Shown: piece by piece, positions 31,402 through 41,712 of the stretch
Layout: each line of letters begins with the position of its first letter
How positions within the stretch are numbered: the stretch's first letter is position 1
Assembly (NCBI GenBank): GCA_963741205.1
Contig: CAVUHW010000045.1
Span: 1-64,000 of the forward strand
Reading direction: 5' to 3'
DNA: 64,000 nt
Source: Nitrospirota bacterium
Lineage (GTDB): Bacteria > Nitrospirota > UBA9217
Position numbers and translations under genes: made by a program
Notes under the pieces: generated by a model
Databases searched by the model: none
The model's input: only the letters and a program-made list of their open reading frames with translations
What the model was told of the DNA's origin: nothing

Positions 31402-32574
31402 ATCAAGACTGAAAAGAACGTCATCATCATCGGCGCCGGCGCCTCAGGCCTCCTGTGCGCCGTGGAATGCGGCAAGCGCGGCCGCTCGGTGCTCGTCATA
31501 GACCACCGCGACCAGAGCGGATCCAAGATACGCATCTCCGGCGGAGGCAGAAGCAATTTCACGAACCTGAACGCGTCCGCCGACCACTACCTTTCGCAAA
31601 ATCCTCATTTCTGCAAGTCAGCCCTGGCCCGCTTCACGCCGCGGGACATCCTTGCCCTCGTTGAGAAACATCATATCGCCTGGTACGAAAAAGAGGCCGG
31701 TCAAATATTCTGCGTCAAGAGTTCCCGGGATATCATCTCGATGCTCGAGAAGGAGTGCGAAAAGGCATCGGTGGAGACGCGGCTTAACTGCCGCATAACG
31801 GACATCGGGAAGGACAAGACCTTTACGGTCCACACGAGTGAAGGCATCTTCACATCTGAATCGCTGGTCATCGCCACGGGAGGGCTCTCGTATCCCAAGA
31901 TCGGGGCGAGCGGTTTCGGCCACGAGGTGGCCCGCCAGTTCGGGCTCAGGACGACGCAGGTACGGCCGGCCCTGGTTCCCTTCGTGTTTTCCGGCCGAGA
32001 CCAGCAGGTCTTTCAAGGGCTGGCGGGCGTTTCCCTTGACGCGGCCCTGTCCTGCGGGGCGAAGAAATTCCGCGGCAGCGTCCTGTTCACTCACCGGGGC
32101 CTTTCGGGGCCCGCGGCGCTGCAGGCGTCGTTGTACTGGATTTCGGGAGCGCCGCTCATAATCGACCTCCTTCCGGCCACGGACATCCTCGAGGTGTTTA
32201 CCGCGAGACGTCGGAGCAAAATGGAGATGCGTAACCTTCTCGCTGAATTCCTGCCGAAGCGTTTTGCACAGACCTGGTGCGACTTCATGCTGGTCTCAAA
32301 GCCGGTCAACGAGACTTCGGACAAAGAGTTGAAGGCGATCGCAGACGGGCTTCACCGATGGGAGGTATTTCCCAAGGGGACGGAAGGGTACAATACCGCG
32401 GAGGTGACGGCAGGCGGCGTTGATACCGACGAACTTTCGTCTAAGACCATGGAGGCGAAAAAGGCGCCCGGGCTTTACTTCATCGGCGAGGTCGTGGATG
32501 TGACGGGAGAGCTCGGAGGCTATAACCTCCATTGGGCCTGGGCTTCGGGATTCGCGGCAGGACAATATGCGTAG
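31402..32574 (+). CDS. NAD(P)/FAD-dependent oxidoreductase, HI0933/YhiN family
   Basis: IIGAGASG, KIRISGGGRSNFTN, ATGGLSYP, LFTHRGLSGPA, VTAGGV, GGYNLHWA; RBS GGAGG precedes ATC at 31402 (start codon probably miscalled). Confidence 0.9.
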   Translation: MKTEKNVIIIGAGASGLLCAVECGKRGRSVLVIDHRDQSGSKIRISGGGRSNFTNLNASADHYLSQNPHFCKSALARFTPRDILALVEKHHIAWYEKEAGQIFCVKSSRDIISMLEKECEKASVETRLNCRITDIGKDKTFTVHTSEGIFTSESLVIATGGLSYPKIGASGFGHEVARQFGLRTTQVRPALVPFVFSGRDQQVFQGLAGVSLDAALSCGAKKFRGSVLFTHRGLSGPAALQASLYWISGAPLIIDLLPATDILEVFTARRRSKMEMRNLLAEFLPKRFAQTWCDFMLVSKPVNETSDKELKAIADGLHRWEVFPKGTEGYNTAEVTAGGVDTDELSSKTMEAKKAPGLYFIGEVVDVTGELGGYNLHWAWASGFAAGQYA

Positions 32575-32676
32575 ACAGGGCGTTTCGCGATATTTCCACT
32601 CGTTCTTTGTTCCATCCCTTTTTTGACAGCGATGATTTTTTACCGTATAATGAATCACGATCTCGTAACCAGACGA

Positions 32677-32769
32677 TGTCATTCCCGAAGGTTTTATCGG
32701 GAATCTGGTTTTCGAAGCGAAGCAGGGAGAACAACACTATATCCCCGATACGCGCACCCGGGGATGACA
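32677..32769. repeat. Palindromic miniature element, TGTCATTCC...GGATGACA family
   Basis: Terminal inverted repeats and internal hairpins; related copies at 41570, 56730 (partial) and 59108. Confidence 0.65.
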
Positions 32770-32787
32770 GAAAAGAGGAGGAATACG

Positions 32788-33342
32788 ATGAAAGTGCAAC
32801 CGCTCCATGACTGGGCCGTAATTCATCCGTCGGAAGCGGCGGAAAAGACCGCCGGCGGGCTCTATATTCCCGATACGGCCAAAGACAAGCCGCAGGAGGG
32901 CATTGTCGAGGCGATCGGTCCCGGCGCCTTTGAAGAAGAGAAACGGCGGAAGAAAAAAGGTGAAAAGGAAAAGGAAAAGAAGGAACGCCGTTTTGTCCCG
33001 ACGGTCGTGAAACCGGGCGACCACGTGGTTTACGGCCGGTACGCGGGCCAGACGTATAACATTGACGGCGAGGAACGGGTCCTTGTTCGCGAGCGCGACA
33101 TCCTCGGCATCTTCCCGGTGCCCCGTCAGCTGGCGGCTACGACCGCCTCCGCCGGAGGGACGGCGCTCATAAAATCCGCGGCGGATGCCCCGGCTGCGGC
33201 GAAAAAGCCGGCCGTAAAGACGAAGAAGGCGGAGCCAAAAGCCGTGAAGAAGCAAGGCCTCGAGAAGAAATCCGCCGCTGCGACATCAACAGCCAAAACG
33301 GCTCGAAAGGTCAAGGCAAAGAAGGCGGGAAAGAAAAAGTAA
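32788..33342 (+). CDS. groES: GroES-like co-chaperonin with charged insertion and Lys/Ala-rich C-terminal tail
   Basis: MKVQPLHD..EKTAGGLYIPDTAKDKPQEG..VKPGD..YAG..RERDILG; RBS GAGGAGG. Confidence 0.85.
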   Translation: MKVQPLHDWAVIHPSEAAEKTAGGLYIPDTAKDKPQEGIVEAIGPGAFEEEKRRKKKGEKEKEKKERRFVPTVVKPGDHVVYGRYAGQTYNIDGEERVLVRERDILGIFPVPRQLAATTASAGGTALIKSAADAPAAAKKPAVKTKKAEPKAVKKQGLEKKSAAATSTAKTARKVKAKKAGKKK

Positions 33343-33390
33343 TTCCCCCCCGATCCGGCTTGCGGGAGAGATGATCAGGAAAGGCGCTTT

Positions 33391-33955
33391 ATGGAAGACC
33401 AGTATATAACGCGGGGGAAAAAGATCCTGTCCATTCTCGAGCAGGAGATCGAAGACGGCGAAGAGATGGCCGGCGCGGTCAGGCATATCGCGGAACGTCT
33501 GCTTCTGGGTGAGAAGGGATATTCGACCGACGACATCCGGAAGAACGTCTCCTTCGAGGTGACACTCGAAGGCAGAGACCGTCAAGTCCTCAGTGGATTT
33601 CGTCATATCTCTGGAAAACAGGAACGCCATGGTGATAAAGTGCGCTGCGGGCTCTCTTAATTCGCGGGAGCGTCATGTTATTGCGGCTGCGCGTGTGTTC
33701 GACGTTCTGCCGGTTCCCGTAGCCGTTGTCATGGACCCCATCAGCGCGGTGGTGCTCAACGCGGTTTCCGGCAAGGTCATCGGAGAAGGGTTCGACGCTA
33801 TCCCGACGAGGCAGCAATTAGGCGTCATGATCTCGGGTGGAGAACTCCGGCCTCTTGCTCCGGAGAAACTGGAACGCGAGAAACGGGTGCTCCTGGCCTT
33901 CGATGCGATCCGTTGCTGCATCCCGCAGGGAGGGGAAGGCGGCGTGGAGATCTGA
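33391..33955 (+). CDS. Stand-alone type I restriction enzyme HsdR N-terminal-like protein, frameshifted
   Basis: VRHIAERLLLGEKGYS, VDFVI, MVIKCAAGSLNSRER..AAAR. Confidence 0.6.
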
Positions 33956-33982
33956 GGGTCAGGTGGGGGGTACCCGAGACGA

Positions 33983-34450
33983 ATGAACAAAGTATCGAGA
34001 GCAGTGGTTCTTTTTATTGCACAGGGCGCCTATTCCGGCAAATCCCCGATCGTTCCCGGTACCGCAGGTACGATTGTCGGCGTCCTTCTTTATCTTGGAG
34101 CGAGAAGCCTCTCTTTTATCCCTTACGGAATCCTGTGTATTCTCCTATGCGGCATCGGCACGTGGGCCGCGGGTGAGGCGGAGTCGATACTTGGACAGAA
34201 AGACAGCCCTTCCATCGTAATCGACGAAATCGCCGGATACCTCATCGCAATGTTCATGGTTCCCGCTGGCTGGGGTTTTATAGCCGCGGGATTTTTTCTT
34301 TTCAGAATTTTTGACATACTGAAACCCTGGCCGCTGTTTCAGCTGCAAGATATCCACGGCGGCCTCGGCGTGATGCTCGACGACATCGGAGCGGGGATCT
34401 ACACGAATATCGTGCTGCAGGTTGGAGCGCACTTCATAAAACCTTCATAA
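33983..34450 (+). CDS. pgpA: Phosphatidylglycerophosphatase A
   Basis: PGTAGT, DSPSIVIDEIAG, FRIFDILKPWP, GGLGVMLDD. Confidence 0.95.
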   Translation: MNKVSRAVVLFIAQGAYSGKSPIVPGTAGTIVGVLLYLGARSLSFIPYGILCILLCGIGTWAAGEAESILGQKDSPSIVIDEIAGYLIAMFMVPAGWGFIAAGFFLFRIFDILKPWPLFQLQDIHGGLGVMLDDIGAGIYTNIVLQVGAHFIKPS

Positions 34451-34468
34451 CCGGAGGCACGCTGGTGA

Positions 34469-35314
34469 ATGACCCATTTAACCGAAGAAACCTTTGAACA
34501 GACCCTCCGGTCCTTCATCCAGGTCGGAACAGATCGATCTCCGCGGCGTTTCGTTCATCGACCCCTACGGCATGCTGGGGCTCCTCGAGATCGGCGAACT
34601 CTGCATGCTCGAAGACGTTCGCAAGTCCGTCATCCTTCCGCAGGAGGGAGAGGTGTGCGCGTACCTCGACCGGATGGACTTCTTCACCTTTGCGAAGCGG
34701 TATTTTTCACTTGAGCCCTCCTCTCCGGATGCATCCGGGAAATATCCACGAAACGCGGATTCCGACGTGCTCCTGGAAATCACGCCGATCCAGAAATCCG
34801 ACGACATCCACTTCATCGTGGGGAGGGTCCGGGACCGAGCCCAGGCCATCCTCGACGACCCACCTGCACTACGATGACCGGGCGATCAATGGTTTCATCG
34901 TGGCCCTCTCCGAGGTCTGCCAGAACATCATCGAGCACAGCGAGAACAAGGGGTTTGTCGGCATCCAGAAATACCGCTTCCAGAACCTGAATAAAAACGT
35001 CGTCAAGATCGCGGTCATGGACGTGGGCATCGGGTTCCGGAAGTCCCTCTCCAGCAGGTTCAAACTGCGAGAGCGACCTCGACGCCATTGACAAGGCGCT
35101 CCTGCACGGCGCATCCCGCTACGAGGACGAAGGCCGCGGACACGGTCTTGCCGCGGTCCGCCGGTTCGTCAATCAATGGAACGGCAAGCTCTCCATCCGC
35201 TCCGGCACCGCCCGCCTTTCCATCATTCCCCCGTGGGCCAGGGGAAGGGAACAGGAGCGGGACCTCATCTTTTTCCCCGGTAGCCAGATCAACATCATGC
35301 TGCCGGAAGTGTAA
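34469..35314 (+). CDS. STAS-like plus HATPase (anti-sigma-type kinase-like) protein, frameshifted
   Basis: IDLRGVSFIDPYG; LSEVCQNIIEHS, VMDVGIG, GRGHGL ATP-binding boxes; no HisKA domain. Confidence 0.75.
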
Positions 35315-35485
35315 GCTTTCCGTAGCCCATTCCTTGATCTCGTCAGCCTCGTCATTCCCGAACGGTTTTCTTGGAATCCAGCGCCTTATCCTTCACTAAA
35401 ATTCCCCTTGACAAATCCCGTAGAAATATGGTTCAACTTGAAGCTCAATTGAACCAGCGCAGGTAATCACGAAGGAGGGAATATC

Positions 35486-35668
35486 ATGGCAGTCACCGCG
35501 AAAATCGAAGGGAACAAGCTCATCATTATCGCTGATCTGGAAACGCCTACCCCGAGCGCGTCGGGGAAAACCCTGGTGGTAGCCAGCACCAGAGGGAACA
35601 AAGCGACCGATGTCATGATCGACGGAAAGCCGGTGATAATCGGTCTCAATGCTTATATCAAAAAGTAG
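35486..35668 (+). CDS. Small hypothetical protein (60 aa)
   Basis: Strong RBS AAGGAGG; PSASGKTLVVASTRGN..IGLNAY. Confidence 0.8.
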   Translation: MAVTAKIEGNKLIIIADLETPTPSASGKTLVVASTRGNKATDVMIDGKPVIIGLNAYIKK

Positions 35669-35737
35669 GTAGTACAAAGATATTAAATAAATGGACATGG
35701 TACGGCCTCCTGTCGCAACAAAGACAGGTAAACCCAT

Positions 35738-35812
35738 CCCCACCTAACCTCCCCTTGAAGGGGAGGGAAATTAATTTTCTCCCCCTTAAAGGGGGAGATT
35801 GAGTGGGGGATG
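35738..35812. repeat. REP-like palindrome
   Basis: CCCCACC..CCTCCCCTTGAAGGGGAGGG; related copy at 53378-53430. Confidence 0.6.
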
Positions 35813-35826
35813 GGTCATATGAATCT

Positions 35827-36388
35827 ATGACGAAATACGACCTCTATAAACTTCTAAAAGAAGAGCTCGGCAACGGCTCGAAGGACCTCGTGACACGGCC
35901 GTCGGGAGAGAAGATCCGGCGCGCGGATCGAGCGGGACATCGAGAAAGAGCCCGACGGCTCCGTGATCGCCCTCGATTTCTCGAAGATCGGGGTGATCGA
36001 CTATTCCTGCGCGGACGAGATCATTGCCAAGCTCGTCTCGCGGCTCCTCTCCGGAGAATACGGGGACAAGTACCTTCTCCTCGCGGGCTTGAACGAAAAC
36101 CAGAAGGAGAACATCGAGGTCGCCGTCGAGCGGAAGGACCTTGCGGTCATGGCGGAGATGAGGGACGGAGGCAGGGCGGTCTTGGGAAATCTCAACAGCT
36201 ACCTCAAAGACACCCTCGATTTCATCGTCAAAAAGAAGAAGGCCACGTCCAAGGACCTCTCGGATGCCAGGAAAATCGAGGCGAACACGAGCGGAACCCG
36301 TCTTTTGAACCTTTACAAGAAGCGGCTCGTGCGGCGCGTGGAAGACATCCGCAGCGACGGGAAGGTATGGGCGTATGAACTATTGTGA
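35827..36388 (+). CDS. STAS-like domain plus C-terminal winged helix-turn-helix protein, frameshifted
   Basis: DLVTRPSG, IALDFSKIGVIDYSCADE; C-terminal TSKDLSD..NTSGTRLLNLYKKRLVRR. Confidence 0.7.
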
Positions 36389-36623
36389 AGGCCAATTTTC
36401 ATTGACTGCCGGAGCGCTGCGATGATACAATGTGACGCTTTTAAATTGCGGATTGCGGAATAGCCGGAATGGCAAGTCGGGTACTACTGCAAGTCGCAAC
36501 GTTCGCATGGAAAGCTTACTTCGGACTCCAGCGTTTTTCAAGCCTCGGATTCCTGATCGCAGCATTCGGGAATGACGGAAGTGTGGCGTTGTTTATCGTA
36601 GTTACATTCAGGGGTTATGAACC

Positions 36624-37861
36624 ATGCGCGCTGAAATAATCACAACCGGCACCGAGCTCCTGACCGGCGGCATACTCGACACCAATTCCCTCTTCCTTTC
36701 CGAAGAGCTCATGCTGATCGGCCTTGAAACCGCCTTCAAGACCGCGGTGGGGGACGATGAAAAGAACATGGAGGAGGCGTTCAGGAGGGCCTTGGAGCGG
36801 GTCGATGCGGTGATCATAACCGGCGGGATCGGCCCGACCGAAGACGACATCACCCGCAAGGTGGTCGCAAAGGTCATGAAAAAGCGTCTCGTCCTGAACG
36901 AGGACGCGCACGCGGCCATCCACGCGCGGCTTGCGGGCAGGGGAAAAGAGTTCGCTGTCGCCAATGACCGGCAGGCCCTGATGCCGGCGGGCGCACGGCT
37001 GCTCAAAAATCCCGCGGGGGTCGCGCCGGGTTTCTATATTGACGAAGAGGGGCCGTTTCTCGCCGTCCTTCCCGGCGTTCCGCTTGAGATGCGGGCCATG
37101 TTCAACGAAGGGCTCCGGCCCGCGCTTGAAGAGCGCTTCGGCGGGAAGCTCTTCATCAGGCGCAGGGTGCTCCGCACCTGCGGCATATCCGAGTCCGCGG
37201 TGAACCAGGCCATCCAGGAAATCATGAGGCGCGGCGTTCCCGCCGTCGGCCTGACGGTCAAGGAGACGGGCGTGGACATCCGCATCATCGCCCGGGCGGC
37301 GAGCGCCGAGCAGTCTCAGGGGCTCGTCGACCGGACCGAGGCCGCCATCCGGGAAACGCTCGGCGACGCGGTTTACGGCGAAGACGGCGTCGAACTGGAA
37401 GAAGTGGTCGGCGCGCTCCTCAAGCAGCGCAGGCTTACCCTCGCCGTCGCCGAGTCGTGCACCGGCGGGCTGGTCGGGGCGCGTATCACGAACATCGCCG
37501 GGAGCTCCGAATATTTCGAGCGCGGCGCGGTCGTGTACAGCAATCTTGCCAAGACCGAGATGCTCGGCGTGCCTGCCGACCTGATCGAACGCCACGGCGC
37601 CGTAAGCAGCGAGGTCGCGGCTCGGCCATGGCCAGGGGCATCCGGCAGGCGGCGCACACCGCCTGGGGCTCGCCGTCAACCGGCATCGCGGGACCCGGCG
37701 GAGGAACGGAAAAGAAGCCCGTGGGACTCGTGTACCTCGCGCTCGCTTCCCAACAGGGCGTCAAGACATCGGAACACCGGTTCCTCGGCAGCCGGGAACA
37801 GGTGCGTTTCAGGGCCTCGCAGATGGCGCTGGATATGGTGAGAAAGTATTTGATTGGTTAG
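36624..37861 (+). CDS. cinA: Competence/damage-inducible protein CinA (with PncC domain), frameshifted
   Basis: AEIITTGTELL, GGIGPTEDDIT, LPGVP, AVAESCTGG, TGIAGPGG. Confidence 0.95.
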
Positions 37862-37956
37862 GAGACGGAGCGAGACGATGCAGGGACGGAGTAAGACCAG
37901 TGCGTCTATCGTCCTAGTTGAACGCAGCGACGGTCGTCCATCGTCCATCGAATTAT

Positions 37957-38517
37957 ATGCGTCTCTTTATCGCCATAGAAATTCCCGACGAGATCAAAAA
38001 AGCGCTTACGCGAAGTGCAGCAGCGGCTCAAGGGCTCGGGTGTCGAGGCAAGCTGGCCGCAGGCCCGAGGGCATTCACCTGACGCTTAAATTTCTGGGAG
38101 AGGCGCCGGAGTCGCGCATTCCGGAGATCATGAACGGGATCACGGGCGGCTGCAAAGGGAACGGGGCCGTTCCGGCTCGAGGTACGGGGCGTTGGGACCT
38201 TTCCGAGCCCGAAGAACGCGCGGGTGGTATGGGTCGGGGTTTCCGGGGATGTCGAGAAGCTTTCACGGCTCCAGGCCTCCGTCGAAGAGGCGATAACCGG
38301 CATCGGGTTCGAGCGTGATGAGCGGGCATTCACGCCGCACCTTACGGCCGGCAGGGTCAAGTACATCCGGTCCCGGGACCAATGGCTCAAGGCGCTGGAG
38401 GAGATCAAGGACGTGGGCCTGCCGGGGTTCGAGGTGACCGCGGTCAGCCTGATGAAGAGCGAGCTCAAACCCTCCGGCGCGGTGTATACGGAGATGGGAA
38501 GGGTGGAGCTAACGTGA
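37957..38517 (+). CDS. thpR: RNA 2',3'-cyclic phosphodiesterase, frameshifted
   Basis: MRLFIAI, HLTLKFLG, FTPHLT, SELKPSGAVY. Confidence 0.9.
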
Positions 38518-38692
38518 AGTAGCCAGGAGTCGGCGCAAAGCGCATAGAGCATAGGCAGAGCGGAAATCGCATAGAGCAAAGGGCATAACGCGGAGCTTAA
38601 AAGATTTAAACGCCATGCCCTATGCGCCATGCGCTATGCGAAACAAAACCTCAACATATTGGACAGCCGCGCAGCGGCGAAAGGAGATTATC

Positions 38693-39796
38693 ATGGCGGA
38701 CAAGGACAAGTTAAAGGCGTTGGAACTGGCGGTGGGCCAGATCGAAAAGCAGTTCGGCAAGGGCTCCATCATGCGGCTGGGGAGGGAAGAGGTCCCCGCG
38801 GGAATACCGGCGATCTCCACCGGCTCACTGGGACTGGACATCGCCCTGGGCGTGGGCGGCGTTCCGCGCGGGAGGATCATCGAGATCTACGGCCCCGAGT
38901 CGTCGGGCAAGACGACCCTGGCGCTCCATGTCATTGCCGAGGCCCAGAAGGCCGGCGGTCAGGCCGCCTTCATCGACGCCGAGCACGCCCTCGACATCAC
39001 CTACGCCCGCAAGCTCGGCGTACGGACCGACGACCTTCTCATCTCCCAGCCCGACACGGGAGAACAGGCGCTCGAGATCACCGAAACTCTCGTCCGGAGC
39101 GGGGCCATCGACGTGATCATCGTGGACTCCGTCGCGGCGCTCACGCCGCGGGCAGAGATCGAAGGGGAGATGGGCGACGCGCACATGGGTCTCCAGGCGA
39201 GGCTCATGAGCCAGGCGCTCCGGAAGCTCACCGGCGCCATCAGCAAGTCCAGCACGACGCTCGTCTTCATCAACCAGATCCGCATGAAGATCGGGGTGAT
39301 GTTCGGGAACCCCGAGACGACCACGGGCGGCAACGCGCTCAAGTTCTACGCATCGGTCCGCCTCGACATCCGCAAGGTCTCGGCAATCAAGGAAGGCGAA
39401 GACGTGACCGGCGGCCGGGTAAAGGTCAAGGTGGTGAAGAACAAGATCGCGCCCCCGTTCCGCGCCGCGGAATTCGACATCATGTTCAACGAAGGGATCT
39501 CCAAGCTCGGCGAGATCATCGATATCGGCGCGGAGAAGAATATCATTGAAAAGAGCGGCGCCTGGTTCTCCTATTCGGGGACGAGGATCGGGCAGGGGCG
39601 GGAGAACGTGAAACAGTTCCTCCGCGACCACCCGGACATGGCCTCCGAGATCGAACAGAAGGTAAGGCAGGCGAACGGGCTTCCCGGCGCGTCCGCCGTG
39701 CCCGCCGCCGCTTCGGCAAAGGAAAAGGAAACCGTCGTCGAGCGGGGAGCGAAGACCCCGAAGGGACAGAAGTCCGATAAGCTCGTGGAGGCATAA
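38693..39796 (+). CDS. recA: Recombinase RecA
   Basis: [39 protein letters not shown]. Confidence 0.99.
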   Translation: MADKDKLKALELAVGQIEKQFGKGSIMRLGREEVPAGIPAISTGSLGLDIALGVGGVPRGRIIEIYGPESSGKTTLALHVIAEAQKAGGQAAFIDAEHALDITYARKLGVRTDDLLISQPDTGEQALEITETLVRSGAIDVIIVDSVAALTPRAEIEGEMGDAHMGLQARLMSQALRKLTGAISKSSTTLVFINQIRMKIGVMFGNPETTTGGNALKFYASVRLDIRKVSAIKEGEDVTGGRVKVKVVKNKIAPPFRAAEFDIMFNEGISKLGEIIDIGAEKNIIEKSGAWFSYSGTRIGQGRENVKQFLRDHPDMASEIEQKVRQANGLPGASAVPAAASAKEKETVVERGAKTPKGQKSDKLVEA

Positions 39797-41020
39797 ATGA
39801 ATCTCAACGAACTGCTCAAGACAACCGCGGAAAAAAAGGCTTCGGACCTGCACCTGAAAGTGGGAGTCCCTCCCATTCTGCGGATCCACGGCAGGCTTGT
39901 TTCTCTCGAGGCCGAAAAGCGCACGACACAGGAGGAAACCCTCACGATCGCGCTCGGTATCATGAACAACTGCGCAGAAGGCGCGGTTCAAGGAGAAAAA
40001 CGAGCTCGATATGGCCTACGCCGTGCCGGGGCTCGGCCGCTTCCGGGTGAACGTGTTCCAGCAGCGCGGCAGCGTGGGCATGGTCTTCCGTATGGTTCCG
40101 TCCAAAATCCTGAACTTCGAGGACCTATTGATGCCGGCCGTTCTCCAGAAAGTGGCGAGTGAGCAGCGCGGCCTCATTCTGGTGACGGGGACTACCGGGA
40201 GCGGCAAGTCCACGACCCTTGCGGCAATGATCGATTACATCAACACGACCCGCACGGCCAACATCATCACGATCGAGGACCCCATCGAATTTCTGCACCG
40301 GGACAAGAAAAGCATCGTGAACCAGCGCGAGATCGGCTCCGATACCTTCAGTTTCAGCGAAGCCCTCCGGAGCGCCCTCCGGCAGGATCCGGACGTGATT
40401 CTGGTGGGAGAAATGCGCGACTTCGAGACCATCTCCACGGCACTGACCGCGGCGGAGACCGGCCACCTCGTCCTGTCCACCCTCCATACGCTGGACGCGG
40501 CGGAGACGGTCAACCGCATCATCACGGTGTTTCCGCCCTACCAGCAAAAGCAGGTCCGCATGCAGCTGGCCTCCGTCATCAAGGGGATCGTCTCTCAGCG
40601 GCTCGTCCCCCGGGCGGACGGCAACGGCCGCGTGCCTGCCGTGGAAGTGATGCTCGGCACCCTGTCCGTGCGCGAGGCCATCATCGACGACGCCAAGACT
40701 CGCCAGATCCCGACGATCATCGCATCCGGCATGACCCATTACGGCATGCAGACCTTCGACCAGTCTCTCCTCATGCTCTACAAGAATGGTTTACATAACC
40801 TACGACGAAGCGCTCTTGACGGCGAGCAACGCCGACGATTTCGCCCTCAAGGTCAAGGGCATCCAGTCCACCAGCGACCTTACGTGGGAAGCCGAGGAAA
40901 AGAGCAAATCAACCGCCCAAGCCCGAGGCCGGTTCGCCCCAGAAACAGGGCGAGGCCCGCGAGTACAAGGGTAAGTCGACAGACAGCGACTTTAAGATAG
41001 ACCGGTTCGGGGACAAGTAA
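39797..41020 (+). CDS. pilT: Type IV pilus retraction ATPase (PilT/PilU family), frameshifted
   Basis: ASDLHL, GTTGSGKSTT, TIEDPIE, LRQDPDVILVGEMRD, GHLVLSTLHT, GMQTFDQ. Confidence 0.92.
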
Positions 41021-41055
41021 ATGCAATTGCGGATTTCGGAATGCGGAATGCGGAA

Positions 41056-41523
41056 TTGGAAGAAAAAGTAGCTGACGCGGGCCAGAAATGCCGCCTACCG
41101 CCTTCTCACGTACCGGCCGCGAAGCCGGGCGGAATTGATGCAGAAGCTTCAGGACAAGGAATTCGATCAGGCCGTGATCGAGGCGGTCGTTGTCTATCTG
41201 GAGCGGCTGGGGTATATCAACGACCGGCAATTTGCGGAGCAATGGGCCGCCGGGCGGGTAAGGCTCCGGGGGTTCGGCAGGCGCCGGATAGAACAGGAAC
41301 TCCGGAACAAGGGAATCGGCCGTGACATAATAGCCGAGTGCGCTTGCCAGTGTTTTCGGCGCTGAAACGGAACTCGAAACAGCGAGGGGTGCGGCGGAGA
41401 AAAAAATCAATTCCATGAAATCCGTTGATCGGCGAAACCCGCAGAAGACGCCTGGCCGGATTTCTGGAGAGAAAAGGTTTTTCGTTCGAGATTATTCGAA
41501 GGGTTGTTAAAGAAACGGAGTAG
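41056..41523 (+). CDS. recX: Regulatory protein RecX, frameshifted
   Basis: AYRLLTYRPRS, GYINDRQFA, RIEQELRNKGI, FLERKGFS; downstream of recA; start approximate. Confidence 0.85.
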
Positions 41524-41569
41524 AACGGTTTCAAAATAGTATTTACAAATTCAGAGACGCCACATAGCT

Positions 41570-41658
41570 TGTCATCCCCGAATGCCTCTATCGGGTTGAT
41601 CCAGTGATGACGCTGATTCAAAATGCGATTCCCTTTCAGACCATTGCGGTGAATGACA
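41570..41658. repeat. Palindromic miniature element copy
   Basis: TGTCATCCCCGAA...GAATGACA. Confidence 0.6.
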
Positions 41659-41712
41659 TTGATCAATGTTGATTCATGATTCTGAGTAATTTTATATCAC
41701 AAGGAGTAAGAC

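Noticed and set aside
30817-32574. 585-aa ORF as a novel sugar dehydrogenase/HI0933 fusion
   Set aside because: An RBS (GGAGG) precedes the HI0933 part at 31402, and the dehydrogenase motif breaks just after VSDD, so an indel most likely joined two genes.
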